Assembly: GCA_963843145.1 (NCBI GenBank)
Contig: CAWJJC010000017.1
Location: 64,001 to 128,000, forward strand
Length of the DNA stretch: 64,000 nucleotides
Source of the DNA: an uncultured delta proteobacterium
Lineage (GTDB): Bacteria > Desulfobacterota > RBG-13-43-22
Direction: 5' to 3'
Part shown: piece by piece, positions 1 to 10,913 of the stretch
Layout of the letters: each line of letters starts with the position of its first letter
Numbering within the stretch: the first letter of the stretch is position 1
Made by a program: the position numbers and the translations under genes
The notes under the pieces: model-generated
The model's database searches: none
What the model was told of the DNA's origin: nothing
What the model saw: the letters and a program-made list of their open reading frames with translations, nothing else

Positions 1-711
1 GCCGGTTAGATCCATCAACTCAAAGGGACCCATAGGGTAGTTCAAACCCAGCTTGACCGCCTTGTCCACGTCCTCCTTGGTGGCCACACCCTCCTGGACG
101 ATGTTGATGGCTTCCAACATGTGGGGAATCATGATCCGGTTGACGATGAAACCCGGGGAATCGATCTTGACCTCCACCGTCTCCTTACCCATTTTCTTAG
201 CCAGGTCCGTGGTCACCTGAACCGCTTCGTCATTGGTATGAAAACCCCGGATGACCTCTACCAAACGCATCAAAGGGACCGGGTTAAAGAAATGCATCCC
301 CACCACCTTCTCGGGACGCTGGGTGGCCACGGCGATCTCGGTGATGGACATGGATGAGGTGTTGGTTGCCAGAATCACGTCGGCCCGGCAGATCCCATCC
401 AGATCCTTAAAAACCGATCGCTTCAGGTCCATGTCCTCGATCACCGCTTCGATGACGAAATCCACTTCGGCCAAATCGGCCATGTTGGTGGTCCCCTTAA
501 TGCGTCCCAGCACACCCTGTTTTTGGTCTTCGGTCATTTTTCCTTTTTCCACGCTTTTGCTTAAGAAGCGATCAATATTCTTGAGCCCGTTCTGGACAAA
601 ACGCTCTTCCACATCCCGCATGATGACCTCACACCCGATGAGGGCGGCAACCTGAGCAATCCCGTTGCCCATCGTACCGGCTCCCACTACACCAATTTTC
701 TTGATCTCCAT
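1..711 (-). CDS. hbd: 3-hydroxybutyryl-CoA (3-hydroxyacyl-CoA) dehydrogenase, 3' end runs off window
   Basis: Manual translation from ATG at 711: MEIKKIGVVGAGTMGNGIAQVAA...EAVIED...LATNTSS...GMHFFNPVPLMRLVEV...PGFIVNR...LGLNYPMGPFELMDLTG. Rossmann GxGxxG and family motifs present; RBS AGGAGG upstream. Confidence 0.93.
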   Translation of the reverse strand, partial: MEIKKIGVVGAGTMGNGIAQVAALIGCEVIMRDVEERFVQNGLKNIDRFLSKSVEKGKMTEDQKQGVLGRIKGTTNMADLAEVDFVIEAVIEDMDLKRSVFKDLDGICRADVILATNTSSMSITEIAVATQRPEKVVGMHFFNPVPLMRLVEVIRGFHTNDEAVQVTTDLAKKMGKETVEVKIDSPGFIVNRIMIPHMLEAINIVQEGVATKEDVDKAVKLGLNYPMGPFELMDLTG

Positions 712-891
712 AGAGTTCCTCCTTTACGAAATTTAGTAGACCATACACTAACCCCGGATTTGTTGTCAATTCCCTTTAACGATTCGGCCGGGTGAACTCC
801 CCAACCCGAAAGATTCGAACGGCAATTTCCTTGACAGGAAACCTGCTTACCGGTATCTAATGAAGGAAACCAAATCGTTAAGGCCTCGACC

Positions 892-1569
892 ATGGATTTC
901 TACCCGGAAAATATCCTTTTAGAGATTATTTCCCTGCTGAACGCCTTATCTCCGCCCGGGGGATCCCTGACCGTTCAGGCGGAGACCGAATTCTCCCTCC
1001 GGGATATGAATTTCATCTGGTGGCTGGAATATTTCCTCCGGGTGGAACCGGCTGTCTTTCAAGAAAAATTTGATTTCCTGCCCCAGTTGGAACAAAGCCC
1101 TTTGGCCGCTCAAATCTGGCGCTGCTTCCTCTACCAGCCCATCCTGCGGCGTCTTTTCCTTTCAAAATCCAGACCGCAAACGACCCATCCTTGGATGGTT
1201 ATTCGGGATGGCTCATTGCTTCAACTAACCCGCGAAGATGACCAGGCCGTTACGATGGGTCTTTTTTATATTATTCCCCACCGCCGACTCTGGCCGGGAT
1301 TGGCAACCACCCTCCGGGGCAAAATTTCTCTTGCACCTGAGGATCTGAAAAGCATTCAGACCGCCATCGAATTTACCCTGCAATCCCGCCTGGTTGACAT
1401 CCGCAGCCGGGCTGAGAGTCTGCGCTCCTTCCTGGTTCAACCGGACCCGAACCCCCTGCAGATTAAGGAATCTCCACCGGCAGACCCGGGACCGGCCATT
1501 GAAGTGTTCAAACCAAAGACGGCCAGGAAGAAGAAGAAACCCAGCGGACAATTAAATATTTTTAAGTGA
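892..1569 (+). CDS. hypothetical protein (225 aa)
   Basis: Long ORF with ATG and a TTGACA element at 831; no recognisable motif; Lys-rich C-terminus. Confidence 0.7.
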   Translation: MDFYPENILLEIISLLNALSPPGGSLTVQAETEFSLRDMNFIWWLEYFLRVEPAVFQEKFDFLPQLEQSPLAAQIWRCFLYQPILRRLFLSKSRPQTTHPWMVIRDGSLLQLTREDDQAVTMGLFYIIPHRRLWPGLATTLRGKISLAPEDLKSIQTAIEFTLQSRLVDIRSRAESLRSFLVQPDPNPLQIKESPPADPGPAIEVFKPKTARKKKKPSGQLNIFK

Positions 1570-1703
1570 AATTAAGTATCCGCAGGCTGGCCGCCCTGGA
1601 GGTAGAGATTCTGCTCCCCGGGCACGGGGAGGTGGTAGTGGGGAAAGAGGCGGTAGAAGCCAATTTTAGGGCGGTGGAGGAGTACTGGTTTAATTATATC
1701 TGA
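1566..1703 (+). pseudogene. C-terminal fragment of a metallo-beta-lactamase-fold hydrolase
   Basis: GTG...TGA frame translates VKLSIRRLAALEVEILLPGHGEVVVGKEAVEANFRAVEEYWFNYI; SxxRL...L.PGHG is the MBL C-terminal motif; no HxHxDH part upstream. Confidence 0.6.
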
Positions 1704-1764
1704 CGGATGCGCGCCAAGCTATTTTTAGACTTTTGGCAAGGGTTTCATTTCTGCTCAACCGACT

Positions 1765-2271
1765 TTAAGGGATAAGGCTCAGTTCCCGGCGGCATTTCTC
1801 AATCCGCAACCGGCGGAAAACGGCCCACTCCGGGTCGCCATTCAGGTTCGGGACCAACGCCGTGCCTGAAATATTCCTTTCGGCCAGTCGATCCAGGGCC
1901 AAGCGGACCTTCTCGCTTCGGGCTCGCTCCAATTCATCTTGAAAAAGTCTCACTATCTCTTTATAGCGTTTAAGGTTGGAAGACCAGAGGCTTTCCAGCA
2001 GGTCCCAGCGTTTCCCGTTGTCGGCGCCCGGTTCGATGGCGCCGATTATTTCCTGTTTCAGCAAAAGGTCCCCACCCTCGGATTCCCCTAATTTCTGCAG
2101 CGCCGCCAAAACGCCGTTCACCTCGATCAAATCGTCCAGATACTTTTGGACCCAACCCCGGGCTTTCCCCAGCCATTCCTGCCCCTTCAGCCTTCTTTTT
2201 TCCTCGGGGGAAAGGGACAGATTCCTGGTTTTCTCCATAATAAGGTCTATGGTGCTGCGAATTTCGCCCAT
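1765..2271 (-). CDS. conserved hypothetical helical protein
   Basis: MGEIRSTIDLIMEKTRNLSLSPEEK... with GAGGA RBS before ATG 2271; the ORF-track extension to 2301 lies in a repeat. Confidence 0.75.
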   Translation of the reverse strand: MGEIRSTIDLIMEKTRNLSLSPEEKRRLKGQEWLGKARGWVQKYLDDLIEVNGVLAALQKLGESEGGDLLLKQEIIGAIEPGADNGKRWDLLESLWSSNLKRYKEIVRLFQDELERARSEKVRLALDRLAERNISGTALVPNLNGDPEWAVFRRLRIEKCRRELSLIP

Positions 2272-2280
2272 ACTTTTCCT

Positions 2281-2400
2281 CAAATCCGAAATTCGAAACA
2301 CGAAATCGACTCGGCTGAGCGGCTCGACCTGAGCTCGCCGACAGGTCTAGTCGTAGGCCGAAAGAACAACGAATTCTTGAAATTCAAAAATATCAAAACA
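2281..2400. repeat. heptamer (AAATCCG/AAATTCG-type) intergenic repeat with nested CTGAGC-core palindromic insert
   Basis: aaatccgaaattcgaaacacgaaatcgactcggctgagc... matches copies at 3845, 28323, 29766, 31133. Confidence 0.8.
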
Positions 2401-2436
2401 AAAAACCTCGACCTCGTATAGCGGGTCTTCCAGAAA

Positions 2437-3009
2437 TTAAGCGTGTCCAACCGTGTCCGTCAATAAGGCAAGATCGACACCCAATAATTTGGCAGCCATT
2501 TCCCAGCGCTGGGCAACGGGCGCCTCAAAGATAATCTGTTCATCCGCCGGGCAGGTCAGCCAGGCATTGGCCATAATCTCCGCTTCCAGTTGACCCGGCC
2601 CCCAGCCGGCGCACCCCATGGCAATGATAAAGGCCGCCGGCCCTTGTCCCCGGGCCAGGGCCTCTAAGATATCCTTGGAGTTGCTGAGCGCCAGAGAAGT
2701 CGTTATCGAATGGTTGCCCTCCCAATCAAAAGGGGGCCCGTGCAGGATAAAGAGTTGCCCTTTGTGAACCGGCCCCCCCACATGAATGGGTATTTCTTCC
2801 CGCCCCGGGATGAAAGGTAATCCCAGTTCCTCGAAAATCGCCAAGCCGGTCAAATCCGGGTAGACCCGGTTTATCACCAACCCCAAGGCTCCTTCCACGG
2901 AATGCTCGCAGATACAGGTTACGGTTTGATGGAAATTAGGATCCAGCAAACTCGGCATGGCGATGAGAAACTGCCCTTTTAGAGAATGAGAATCTGTTCT
3001 AAACGTCAT
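2437..3009 (-). CDS. YqgE/AlgH family protein (UPF0301)
   Basis: FLIAMPSLLDPNF, GALGLVINR, GGPV, GCAGWGPGQLEAEI..NAWL, GHA C-terminus. Confidence 0.93.
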   Translation of the reverse strand: MTFRTDSHSLKGQFLIAMPSLLDPNFHQTVTCICEHSVEGALGLVINRVYPDLTGLAIFEELGLPFIPGREEIPIHVGGPVHKGQLFILHGPPFDWEGNHSITTSLALSNSKDILEALARGQGPAAFIIAMGCAGWGPGQLEAEIMANAWLTCPADEQIIFEAPVAQRWEMAAKLLGVDLALLTDTVGHA

Positions 3010-3073
3010 AGCATTAATCTAAGAAAACCCTCGAAAGGAGTCAAGCTTAATCACCAGACCCGGAACCCTGGGC

Positions 3074-3802
3074 TTAAAGGGGTACGATTTCTAAATCTCC
3101 CCAGAGACCCAACTGATCTCCCAGGACTACTAAAACGCCATCGACCCCCGGGATGGTTTGAGCGAAGGCCAAGGCCTCGGGCAGGTCCTTCCGGGTCCGG
3201 ACGCGATTTCCCACTGCCGTGGCCGCCGCATCGGCCAGGATCGCCGAAGAGGAGCGTACGGCCACTGCATCCGCTAGGCCGAAACTCAAGGAATGCCCGA
3301 CCGTTCCGGAAGAGGTGCAAAGGCCCACCGACTCCTCGGCAGGCGGCAAGGAAATCCCGATCCTCCGACTGAGCGGGGAAGTCCCGGCGAAAAGACCCAC
3401 GGTCAGGGATTCCCGACAGGAAATAAAACAGTCTCCCCCATTTTCAATAATGATTTCCGGGGAGAGGTCCAGCAGATCATTTCCCACATATTGAGCGACA
3501 GCCCCGGCCACGGCGGCCATCGGTCCCACTCCGACCGCCCTCCCGGCCGCCAGCATCTCTTTAATAATTCCCGGCGCCAGAGGATCGGGAGGCAGCGGCG
3601 TCAGCGCCTCTCCAAACTCCGGATGTTGGCGGAGATACTCTTCGATGGTCTGACGATGGCGGTAAAGCCGCTCATATCCTTCCTCAGCCAAATTTCGACG
3701 GGCCCTAATCCAGAGGTCGCTTTCCTTGACCTGGATGGTAAAGGATACCCAGTCGGGAGAAGCGGTTTGGGTGCGGTAAAAACGTTCCTGGTAGGAGACC
3801 AT
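3074..3802 (-). CDS. UPF0280 / ApbE-like family protein
   Basis: GVGPMAAVAGAVA, IIENGGD, GLCTSSGTVGHSLSFGLADAV, ADAAATAVGN motifs. Confidence 0.88.
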   Translation of the reverse strand: MVSYQERFYRTQTASPDWVSFTIQVKESDLWIRARRNLAEEGYERLYRHRQTIEEYLRQHPEFGEALTPLPPDPLAPGIIKEMLAAGRAVGVGPMAAVAGAVAQYVGNDLLDLSPEIIIENGGDCFISCRESLTVGLFAGTSPLSRRIGISLPPAEESVGLCTSSGTVGHSLSFGLADAVAVRSSSAILADAAATAVGNRVRTRKDLPEALAFAQTIPGVDGVLVVLGDQLGLWGDLEIVPL

Positions 3803-3844
3803 CGGCCGTTCGGTCGCTAACTAGAAATATTTGATTTATTGGTT

Positions 3845-3973
3845 CAAATTCGAAATCCGAATATCGAAATCCGAAACGTTTTTGTTTGGGTCATTTGAAT
3901 TTTGGACCTTCGTGCTTGTTTCGGCCTGCGACGAGCTCAGCCGAGTCGATTTCGTGCTTCGGATTTCGAGTTT
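3845..3973. repeat. heptamer intergenic repeat (hairpin-type) with single REP-like insert
   Basis: Reverse complement aligns with the copy at 29766-29895 apart from the extra insert there. Confidence 0.8.
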
Positions 3974-4018
3974 AATTGATATCTTCCTGAATTTGGTCTC
4001 TACCCTGGCAGCGGTTGT

Positions 4019-7000
4019 CTATTGAAACTGTACCTCCATAATCGGGGTCCCGAAAAGATCTCGCAGTTCCCGCTTTAACCGCGTCGAGGGCTTGATCTTA
4101 TAGACATCGGGCAGGCTGAACAAAACCTGGGTCTGATTAGGACAATGAACCAAAAATTGTACCGGGCAGGTCCCGGGATGGTGACGCAATAAGACGGATA
4201 GATTGGCCAGTTGGTCCCGGCTCAAACCGGTGGCCGAAATGGAGAGGGTGGCCTTAACGGCTGAAGTTTCCTCAGCCTGTTCCAGGGTCATGACCTCCTG
4301 GGCGATGACCTTAACCCCTTTCTCGTCCTTGCTCAGATTACCGGTGATCCATAAGGGGAGCTCATCCTTCAGCAAGGGAGAACACTTGCGGAAGATATCG
4401 GCGAAGACGATCACTTCACAGGAGCCGGTCAGATCCTCGATCGTGGCAAAGGCCATACGATCCCCTTTTTTACTGTTGATTTCCTTGAGACCGGCCACTG
4501 TACCGGCCAGGTGAACCGTTTCTTTGTCGGCCAATTCGGAGAGGTCCTGGATAGCCGTCGCTTTCAAAGCCTGCATGGTCTCCAGAAAGCGGGTCAGGGG
4601 ATGCCCGGTGATGTAAAAACCCAAAATTTCTTTTTCAAAGGCCAGTTTCTGACTTTCCCGCCATTCCTCCAGCGCCGGAGGTTCCGACTCGGGCATATCA
4701 AATCCAGGCTGATCCCCCAAATCAAAGAGGCTGAACTGATTGCCGGTCCTGTCCCGCTGCAATTGTTGACCGATTTCCGTGGCCTCGGGCAAAAAAGCCA
4801 TCAGGCGGGAACGGGCCACTCCCAAAGAATCCATGGCCCCGCACTTGATCAGGCTTTCCAGGACCTTGCGATTGGCCCGAAATAAATCGACCCGTTTACA
4901 TAAATCCACCAGAGAATGGAAAGGGCCTCCCTGCTCCCGCGCCTCGAGGATGGATTCGATGGCCCCCTCCCCCACATTTTTCACTGCCGCTAAACCAAAC
5001 CGGATCTTATCCTCAAAAATGGAAAAATCCATCCGGCTCTGGTTGATATCCGGAGGCAAAACGACAATCCCCTTCTCCCGGCATTCGGTGATATATTTGA
5101 TAATATCGGGAGCGTTGCCCATCTTGCTGGTTAACAAGGCCGCCATAAACTCTAGAGGATAATGGGCCTTGAGAAAAGCGGTCTGGTAGGCAATCAGGGC
5201 ATAGGCCGCGCTATGGGATTTATTGAACCCATAGCCCCCGAACTTTTCCATCAGGTTAAAAACCGTTTCCGCTTTTTTGAGGTCGATCTTCTTCTTTTTG
5301 GCTCCCTGCAGAAAACGTTCCCTTTGCTGGGCCATTACTTCGGTTATTTTTTTGCCCATGGCCCGGCGCAGGATATCAGCCTCACCCATGGAGTAATCGG
5401 CCAGGACGCTGCCCAACTCCATCACCTGTTCCTGGTAAACGATGACCCCATAGGTTTCTTTGAGGATCGGCTCCATCTGGGGCAGCAGATATTCGACCGG
5501 AATCAAGCCGTGCTTACACTTGACAAAGTCATCCACCATGCCGCTTTCCAGCGGTCCGGGACGATACAAGGCCACCAGGGCAATGAGGTCCTCGAAGTTT
5601 TCCGGCTTCATCTTGATCACCAGGTCCTTCATGCCCGAACTTTCCAATTGAAAGACCCCGGTGGTATCCCCTCGTCCCAACAATTCGTAGACGGCCGGGT
5701 CATCTAAGGGGATCTGGGATAGATTCAAAGGCCGGCCCTGAGACCGCTCGATCATCTTTAAGGCGTACTGGATGATGGTCAAATTATTGAGGCCCAGGAG
5801 ATCGAACTTGATCAGACCCGCCTCCTGAACCGATTTCATATCATACTGGGTCAGCGTTTCGCCCTTGGGCCCTTTGTACAGAGGCGTACACTCGACCAGC
5901 GGCTGGGGAGAAATCACTACGCCGGCGGCATGGGTGGAGGCGTGGCGCGGGAGGCCTTCCAGTACCTCGGCAATGGTCAAAAGTTCCCGCACCATCGGGT
6001 CGTTTTCTTTGAGTTCCCGGAGGCGGGGCTCCTTTTCCAGGGCCTCTTTCAGGGTAATCTTCAGAATATTCGGTACCAGTTTGGCGATCCGGTCCACTTC
6101 GCCGTAGGGCATATTCAAGGCCCGCCCCACATCGCGGATCACGGCCCGAGGGAGCATTTTCCCAAAAGTGATGATCTGGGCCACGTGGTCCTGGCCGTAT
6201 TTTCCGACAATATATTTCAGGATTTCATCCCGCCGTTCCACGCAGAAATCCACATCGATATCCGGCAGTTCCTTGCGTTCCACGTTCAAAAACCGTTCAA
6301 AGAACAACCCGTAGACCAACGGGTCGATATCGGTAATCTCCAGGGCGTAGGCCACCAGGCTGCCGGCAGCCGAACCCCGGCCCGGGCCCACGGGAATGCC
6401 TTTTTCCTTGGCATGGCCGACGTAATCGGATACCACTAAAAAATATCCGGAAAATCCCATTGGGTGATGACCGCCAACTCCCTTTCCAACCGCGCCCGGT
6501 AGTCTTTGAACCGCGAGGGCGGGAAGCCGGGATCGGTTTTCTTTGGCTTTCAGCCTTTTTTCCAAACCGGCCCGGGCCTCCCCCTTCAAACGATGATCCA
6601 TGGTCTCTTCGGGAGGCAAAGGGAAACGGGGCAGAAGGGAGTGCCCCAGCGGCAGATCCAAATTGCAGCGTTCGGCGATGCGCACCGTATTTTCGATGGC
6701 TTGGGGATAGTCGAGAAGAGGGCCTGCATTTCTTCCGGTGATTTGAAATAGAGCTGATTGGTGGAAAAACGAAGCCGGTTGTGATCTTGGATCGTTTTAC
6801 CCGTCTGGATACAGAGCAGGACATCATGGGCCCGGGCATGTTCCTGGGCCAGATAATGGCAATCGTTGGTGGCCACTAAGGGGAGATCCAAACGGCGGCT
6901 GAGTTCCACTAGTCCGGAGTTGACGATTTCCTGTTCAGGAATGTCGTTCTTCTGGATTTCCAGGTAAAAACGATCTCTGATCAAAGATCTCCCCCAGTTC

Positions 7001-7489
7001 ACGGGTGTTTCCAACGCCCGTTCGGGGTCACCCCGCAGGAGGGCATGGGGCATCTCTCCGTGCAGGCAGGCGGAAAGGGCGATCAGGCCTTGGTTGTGTT
7101 TTTTCAACAACTCCCGGTCGACCCGGGGCTTGTAATAAAAGCCTTCCAAATGGCCCAGCGTGACCAATTGGAGCAGATTACGATAACCTTTTTCGTTTTT
7201 GCAGAGCAAGACCAGGTGGTAGGCGTTCTCGCTGATTTGCGCTGCTTTCTTTGTGAAAACGGCTTTGAGGGGCCACATACACTTCACAGCCGATAATCGG
7301 TTTCAGGCCATATTTAGGGGCTTGTTTATAAAAATCCACCACCCCGAAAAGGTTGCCATGGTCGGTCATGGTAATGGCCGGCAGTTTAAAGGCCTGGGCC
7401 TTTTCGAAAAGCTCCTTGAGGCGGATACCTCCATCCAGAAGGCTGTATTGGGTATGCACGTGAAGATGAACAAAAGGAGCGTGTTGCAT
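4019..7489 (-). CDS. dnaE: DNA polymerase III alpha subunit (split by several indels in ~6450-7250)
   Basis: FVHLHVHTQYSLLDG PHP start; GPGRGSAAGSLVAYAL, PDIDVDF, KFDLLGL, GYGFNKSHSAAY; OB fold. Three ORF-track pieces join into one ~1150-aa gene. Confidence 0.95.
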
Positions 7490-7501
7490 CGAATTTTCTT
7501 T

Positions 7502-9058
7502 TTATTCCCACTCAATAGTACTGGGGGGCTTGGAAGAAATATCGTAGACCACCCGGTTGACGCCCTTGACCTCGTTAATGATGCGGTTGGAGATAAGCCC
7601 CAGCAGGGTATAAGGAACGCGGGACCAGTCGGCGGTCATGGCATCCTGGCTGTCTACGATTCGCAGGGCGATCACGTGCTCATAGGTTCGTTCATCCCCC
7701 ATGACTCCCACGGTTTTAACCGGCAGCAGGACGGCGAAGGACTGCCAGACCCGGCTGTAGAGTCCGGCCCGACGCATCTCCTCCCAGACGATGGTATCGG
7801 CCCGGCGGAGGATGGCCAGCCGGTCCTCGGTCACCTCGCCCACGATCCGGATGGCCAGGCCCGGCCCGGGAAAAGGCTGACGAATGATCATCTCTTCCGG
7901 CAGGCCCAAGCTTCGCCCCACCTGCCGGCCTTCATCCTTGAACAACTCCCGCAGCGGCTCGATGAGGGTCAGTTTCATCCGAGCCGGCAGGCCGCCCACG
8001 TTGTGATGAGTCTTGATAGTGGCGGAAGGGCCCCGGAAGGAAACGGACTCGATGACATCCGGGTACAAGGTCCCCTGGGCTAAAAAACGGACCGGCCCGA
8101 TCTTCTTGGCTTCCTGTTCGAAGATCCGGATGAATTCATGGCCGATGATCCGGCGTTTCTTTTCCGGATCGGTTACCTTTTTCAATTTTCTCAAAAAGTC
8201 GGCCCCGGCGTCTACATAGACTAAGGGGATACGGTAATGGCCGCGGAACACCTGAACCACTTTTTCCGCCTCCCCGCTCCGCAGCAGTCCGTTGTTGACG
8301 AAGATACAGGTTAACTGGTCACCGATGGCCTGGTGGAGCAGCACCGCCACTACCGATGAATCCACCCCTCCGGAGAGGCCGCAGATCACCTTTCTCGTTC
8401 CCACCTGTTCCCGAATATCGACCACCGCCTGTTTGATAAAAGAACGAGTGGTCCAAAGCGGTTTTAGCCGGCAGATCTTAAACAGGAAATTTCTAATTAT
8501 CTTATAGCCGTTAGGGGTATGGACCACTTCCGGGTGGAACTGAACGCCCCAAATCGTCCGGGACCGATTCCTCATGGCCGCTACCGGGGCATTGCCGCTG
8601 CCGGCAATGGCTCTGAAGCCCGGGGGCATCTTCTCGATCCGGTCGCCGTGGCTCATCCAGACGGTCTGCCCTTTTCGGCCGCCCCGGTCCAGGCCCTGGA
8701 ACAACCCTTCGAAATCCCTGATGGTCATCTCCACCCGGCCGTATTCCCGTTTGGAGGAATGTTCCACCCGTCCGCCCAGTTGGTGGGTCAGCAACTGTAA
8801 GCCGTAGCAGATGCCCAACAGGGGAATCCCCAGCTCGAAAATCCTCGGATCAGGCAGGGGAGCCTTGGCATCATAGACGCTGGCCGGACTCCCGGAAAGG
8901 ATGATCCCCTGGGGGTTGAAGGCTTTGATTTTGGACCAGGACCAGTCAAAGGGATGAAGCTCGCAGTAAACCTTGGCCTCCCGCACCCGTCTGGCGATCA
9001 ACTGGCTGGTCTGGCCCCCGAAATCCAAGATAAGAACTTTTTGACTGTGCAGGTCCAT
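7502..9058 (-). CDS. guaA: GMP synthase (glutamine-hydrolysing)
   Basis: [39 protein letters not shown]. Confidence 0.98.
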   Translation of the reverse strand: MDLHSQKVLILDFGGQTSQLIARRVREAKVYCELHPFDWSWSKIKAFNPQGIILSGSPASVYDAKAPLPDPRIFELGIPLLGICYGLQLLTHQLGGRVEHSSKREYGRVEMTIRDFEGLFQGLDRGGRKGQTVWMSHGDRIEKMPPGFRAIAGSGNAPVAAMRNRSRTIWGVQFHPEVVHTPNGYKIIRNFLFKICRLKPLWTTRSFIKQAVVDIREQVGTRKVICGLSGGVDSSVVAVLLHQAIGDQLTCIFVNNGLLRSGEAEKVVQVFRGHYRIPLVYVDAGADFLRKLKKVTDPEKKRRIIGHEFIRIFEQEAKKIGPVRFLAQGTLYPDVIESVSFRGPSATIKTHHNVGGLPARMKLTLIEPLRELFKDEGRQVGRSLGLPEEMIIRQPFPGPGLAIRIVGEVTEDRLAILRRADTIVWEEMRRAGLYSRVWQSFAVLLPVKTVGVMGDERTYEHVIALRIVDSQDAMTADWSRVPYTLLGLISNRIINEVKGVNRVVYDISSKPPSTIEWE

Positions 9059-9084
9059 GGGGTGTTTCCCTCTTTAGGGTAATA

Positions 9085-9403
9085 ATTCGTTCGGCGTTTA
9101 GCGTTCGGCGTTCGGCGATAAAGATCTCAATAAGCCGGCTATCATTTTTGACCTATCGATACACAATCAGGGGCACTTTCGATAAACATTCAACCTTTGA
9201 TGGTTTCGCAAAAAGATACCGAAAGACCGTTTTCGTCATTCCGACGAAATTGTTCGGAATCCAGTAGATTTAACTAGTTATCAAATCACTGGAACCGGTT
9301 TTCACCGGGGTGACGACTTTTTGCGAGTTATCAGCCTTTCAAGCTCAAAAAATTCCATCTTTTATTTCTTATCGCCGAACGACGAACGCTCAACGCCGAA
9401 CGG
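9085..9403. repeat. inverted CGGCGTT-heptamer arms enclosing a MITE
   Basis: gttcggcgtttagcgttcggcgttcggcgata (~9089-9120) is complementary to tatcgccgaacgacgaacgctcaacgccgaac (~9370-9401). Confidence 0.75.
9199..9332. mobile_element. MITE-like element containing a REP-like doublet
   Basis: Ends GATGGTTTCGCAAAAAG / CTTTTTGCGAGTTATC; flanks AACCTTT / AGCCTTT; internal GTCATTCCG...GGAATCCAG and CTGGAACCGG...CCGGGGTGAC. Confidence 0.7.
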
Positions 9404-9412
9404 TTTTAAGGG

Positions 9413-10882
9413 TTAATCCAGCCAGTAATTGGGCGCCTCTTTGGTGATGATCACGTCATGGACGTGGGACTCGCGCAACCCGGCCGGGGTGATGCGTACA
9501 AACCGGGCCTTGGCCCTCAGTTCCTGCAGGGTGCGGCACCCCGCATAGCCCATGCCGGACTTAAGCCCGCCCACTAATTGGTAGACCATGGCCGATAGAG
9601 GGCCGCGGTAGGGAACTCGGCCCACAATCCCCTCTGGAACCAGCTTGGATTCGTTCTCAAATCCCTCCTGGTAGTACCGGTCGCTGCTGCCCTGTTTCAT
9701 GGCCTCGATGGAACCCATGCCGCGGTAGACCTTGTATGTCCGGCCCTGAAACAGAATCGTTTCACCGGGGCTTTCCTCGGTCCCGGCAAAAAGGCTGCCG
9801 ATCATCACCGTGTTTGCTCCGGCAGCCAGGGCCTTAGTCACATCTCCGGAGAACTTGATGCCGCCGTCGGCGATAACCGGAATTTTGTATTTTTTTGCCA
9901 CCCCGGCGCAGGCCATGATGGCTGTAATCTGCGGTACGCCCACCCCGGCCACAATCCGGGTGGTGCAGATGGACCCCGGCCCGATCCCCACCTTGACCCC
10001 GTCGGCTCCGGCTTTGATCAAGGCCTCGGCCCCTTCGGCCGTCCCCACGTTCCCGGCAATAACCTGCAAATCCGCAAAGCGCTTCTTGATATTTTTCACC
10101 GCTTCGACCACATTCTGGGAATGGCCATGGGCTACATCCACCACGACCACATCCACCTCCGCCCGGCGTAGCGCCTCGACCCGATCCAGTTCCCCGGGGG
10201 ACACTCCGACCGCGGCCCCTACCCGAAGACGGCCCAGCTTATCCTTGCAGGACAAAGGGTACTTTTTAAGTTTTTCAATATCTTTAATGGTAATCAAACC
10301 CTTGAGGTTGCCTTTGTCGTCGATGACCAGTAATTTCTCGATCCGGTTCTTATGGAGCAGGGCCTTGGAGTCCGCCAGGTTGATTCCCACCTTGGCGGTC
10401 ACCAGATTGTCCTTGGTCATGACCTCTTCCACGCTCTTGTTCATGTCCGTCTCGAAACGCAAGTCGCGGTTGGTAATGATCCCCACCAATTTTTTACCTT
10501 TAACGATCGGCACCCCGGAAATGCCAAATTTTTCCATGACGGCCAAGACGTCATGGACCTTGCGGTCCGGTTCGATGGTCACCGGATCGACGATCATCCC
10601 GCTTTCCGATTTCTTGACTTTTTCCACCTCGGTAGCCTGTAGGGCGATACTCATATTCTTGTGGATAATCCCGATTCCGCCTTGGCGCGCCATGCTGATG
10701 GCCGTCTGGTACTCGGTCACCGTATCCATGGCGGCGCTGACGATGGGTATGTTTAGTTGAATCCCTTTGGTCAGGCGAGTGGACACCTCGACCTCCGAGG
10801 GTACGATCTGGGCATAAGCTGGCTGGATTAACAGATCGTCAAAAGTCAATCCGTCGGGAATAGCATTCGGTTGGTTGGCCAT
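9413..10882 (-). CDS. guaB: IMP dehydrogenase
   Basis: [17 protein letters not shown] pair, [27 protein letters not shown]. Confidence 0.98.
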   Translation of the reverse strand: MANQPNAIPDGLTFDDLLIQPAYAQIVPSEVEVSTRLTKGIQLNIPIVSAAMDTVTEYQTAISMARQGGIGIIHKNMSIALQATEVEKVKKSESGMIVDPVTIEPDRKVHDVLAVMEKFGISGVPIVKGKKLVGIITNRDLRFETDMNKSVEEVMTKDNLVTAKVGINLADSKALLHKNRIEKLLVIDDKGNLKGLITIKDIEKLKKYPLSCKDKLGRLRVGAAVGVSPGELDRVEALRRAEVDVVVVDVAHGHSQNVVEAVKNIKKRFADLQVIAGNVGTAEGAEALIKAGADGVKVGIGPGSICTTRIVAGVGVPQITAIMACAGVAKKYKIPVIADGGIKFSGDVTKALAAGANTVMIGSLFAGTEESPGETILFQGRTYKVYRGMGSIEAMKQGSSDRYYQEGFENESKLVPEGIVGRVPYRGPLSAMVYQLVGGLKSGMGYAGCRTLQELRAKARFVRITPAGLRESHVHDVIITKEAPNYWLD

Positions 10883-10913
10883 GGGTTACTCCTTTCAATT
10901 AACTTCGGTTGCC

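Noticed and set aside
4019-7489. Split dnaE as a split intein or programmed frameshift
   Set aside because: No intein motifs (C/S start, HN end) or extra sequence; the pieces join by single-base indels.
9810-10760. Long antisense ORFs (also 7253-8083, 14846-15679, 21570-22427, 48018-49094, 56348-57166)
   Set aside because: Shadow frames of well-supported genes in GC-rich DNA, with no motifs.
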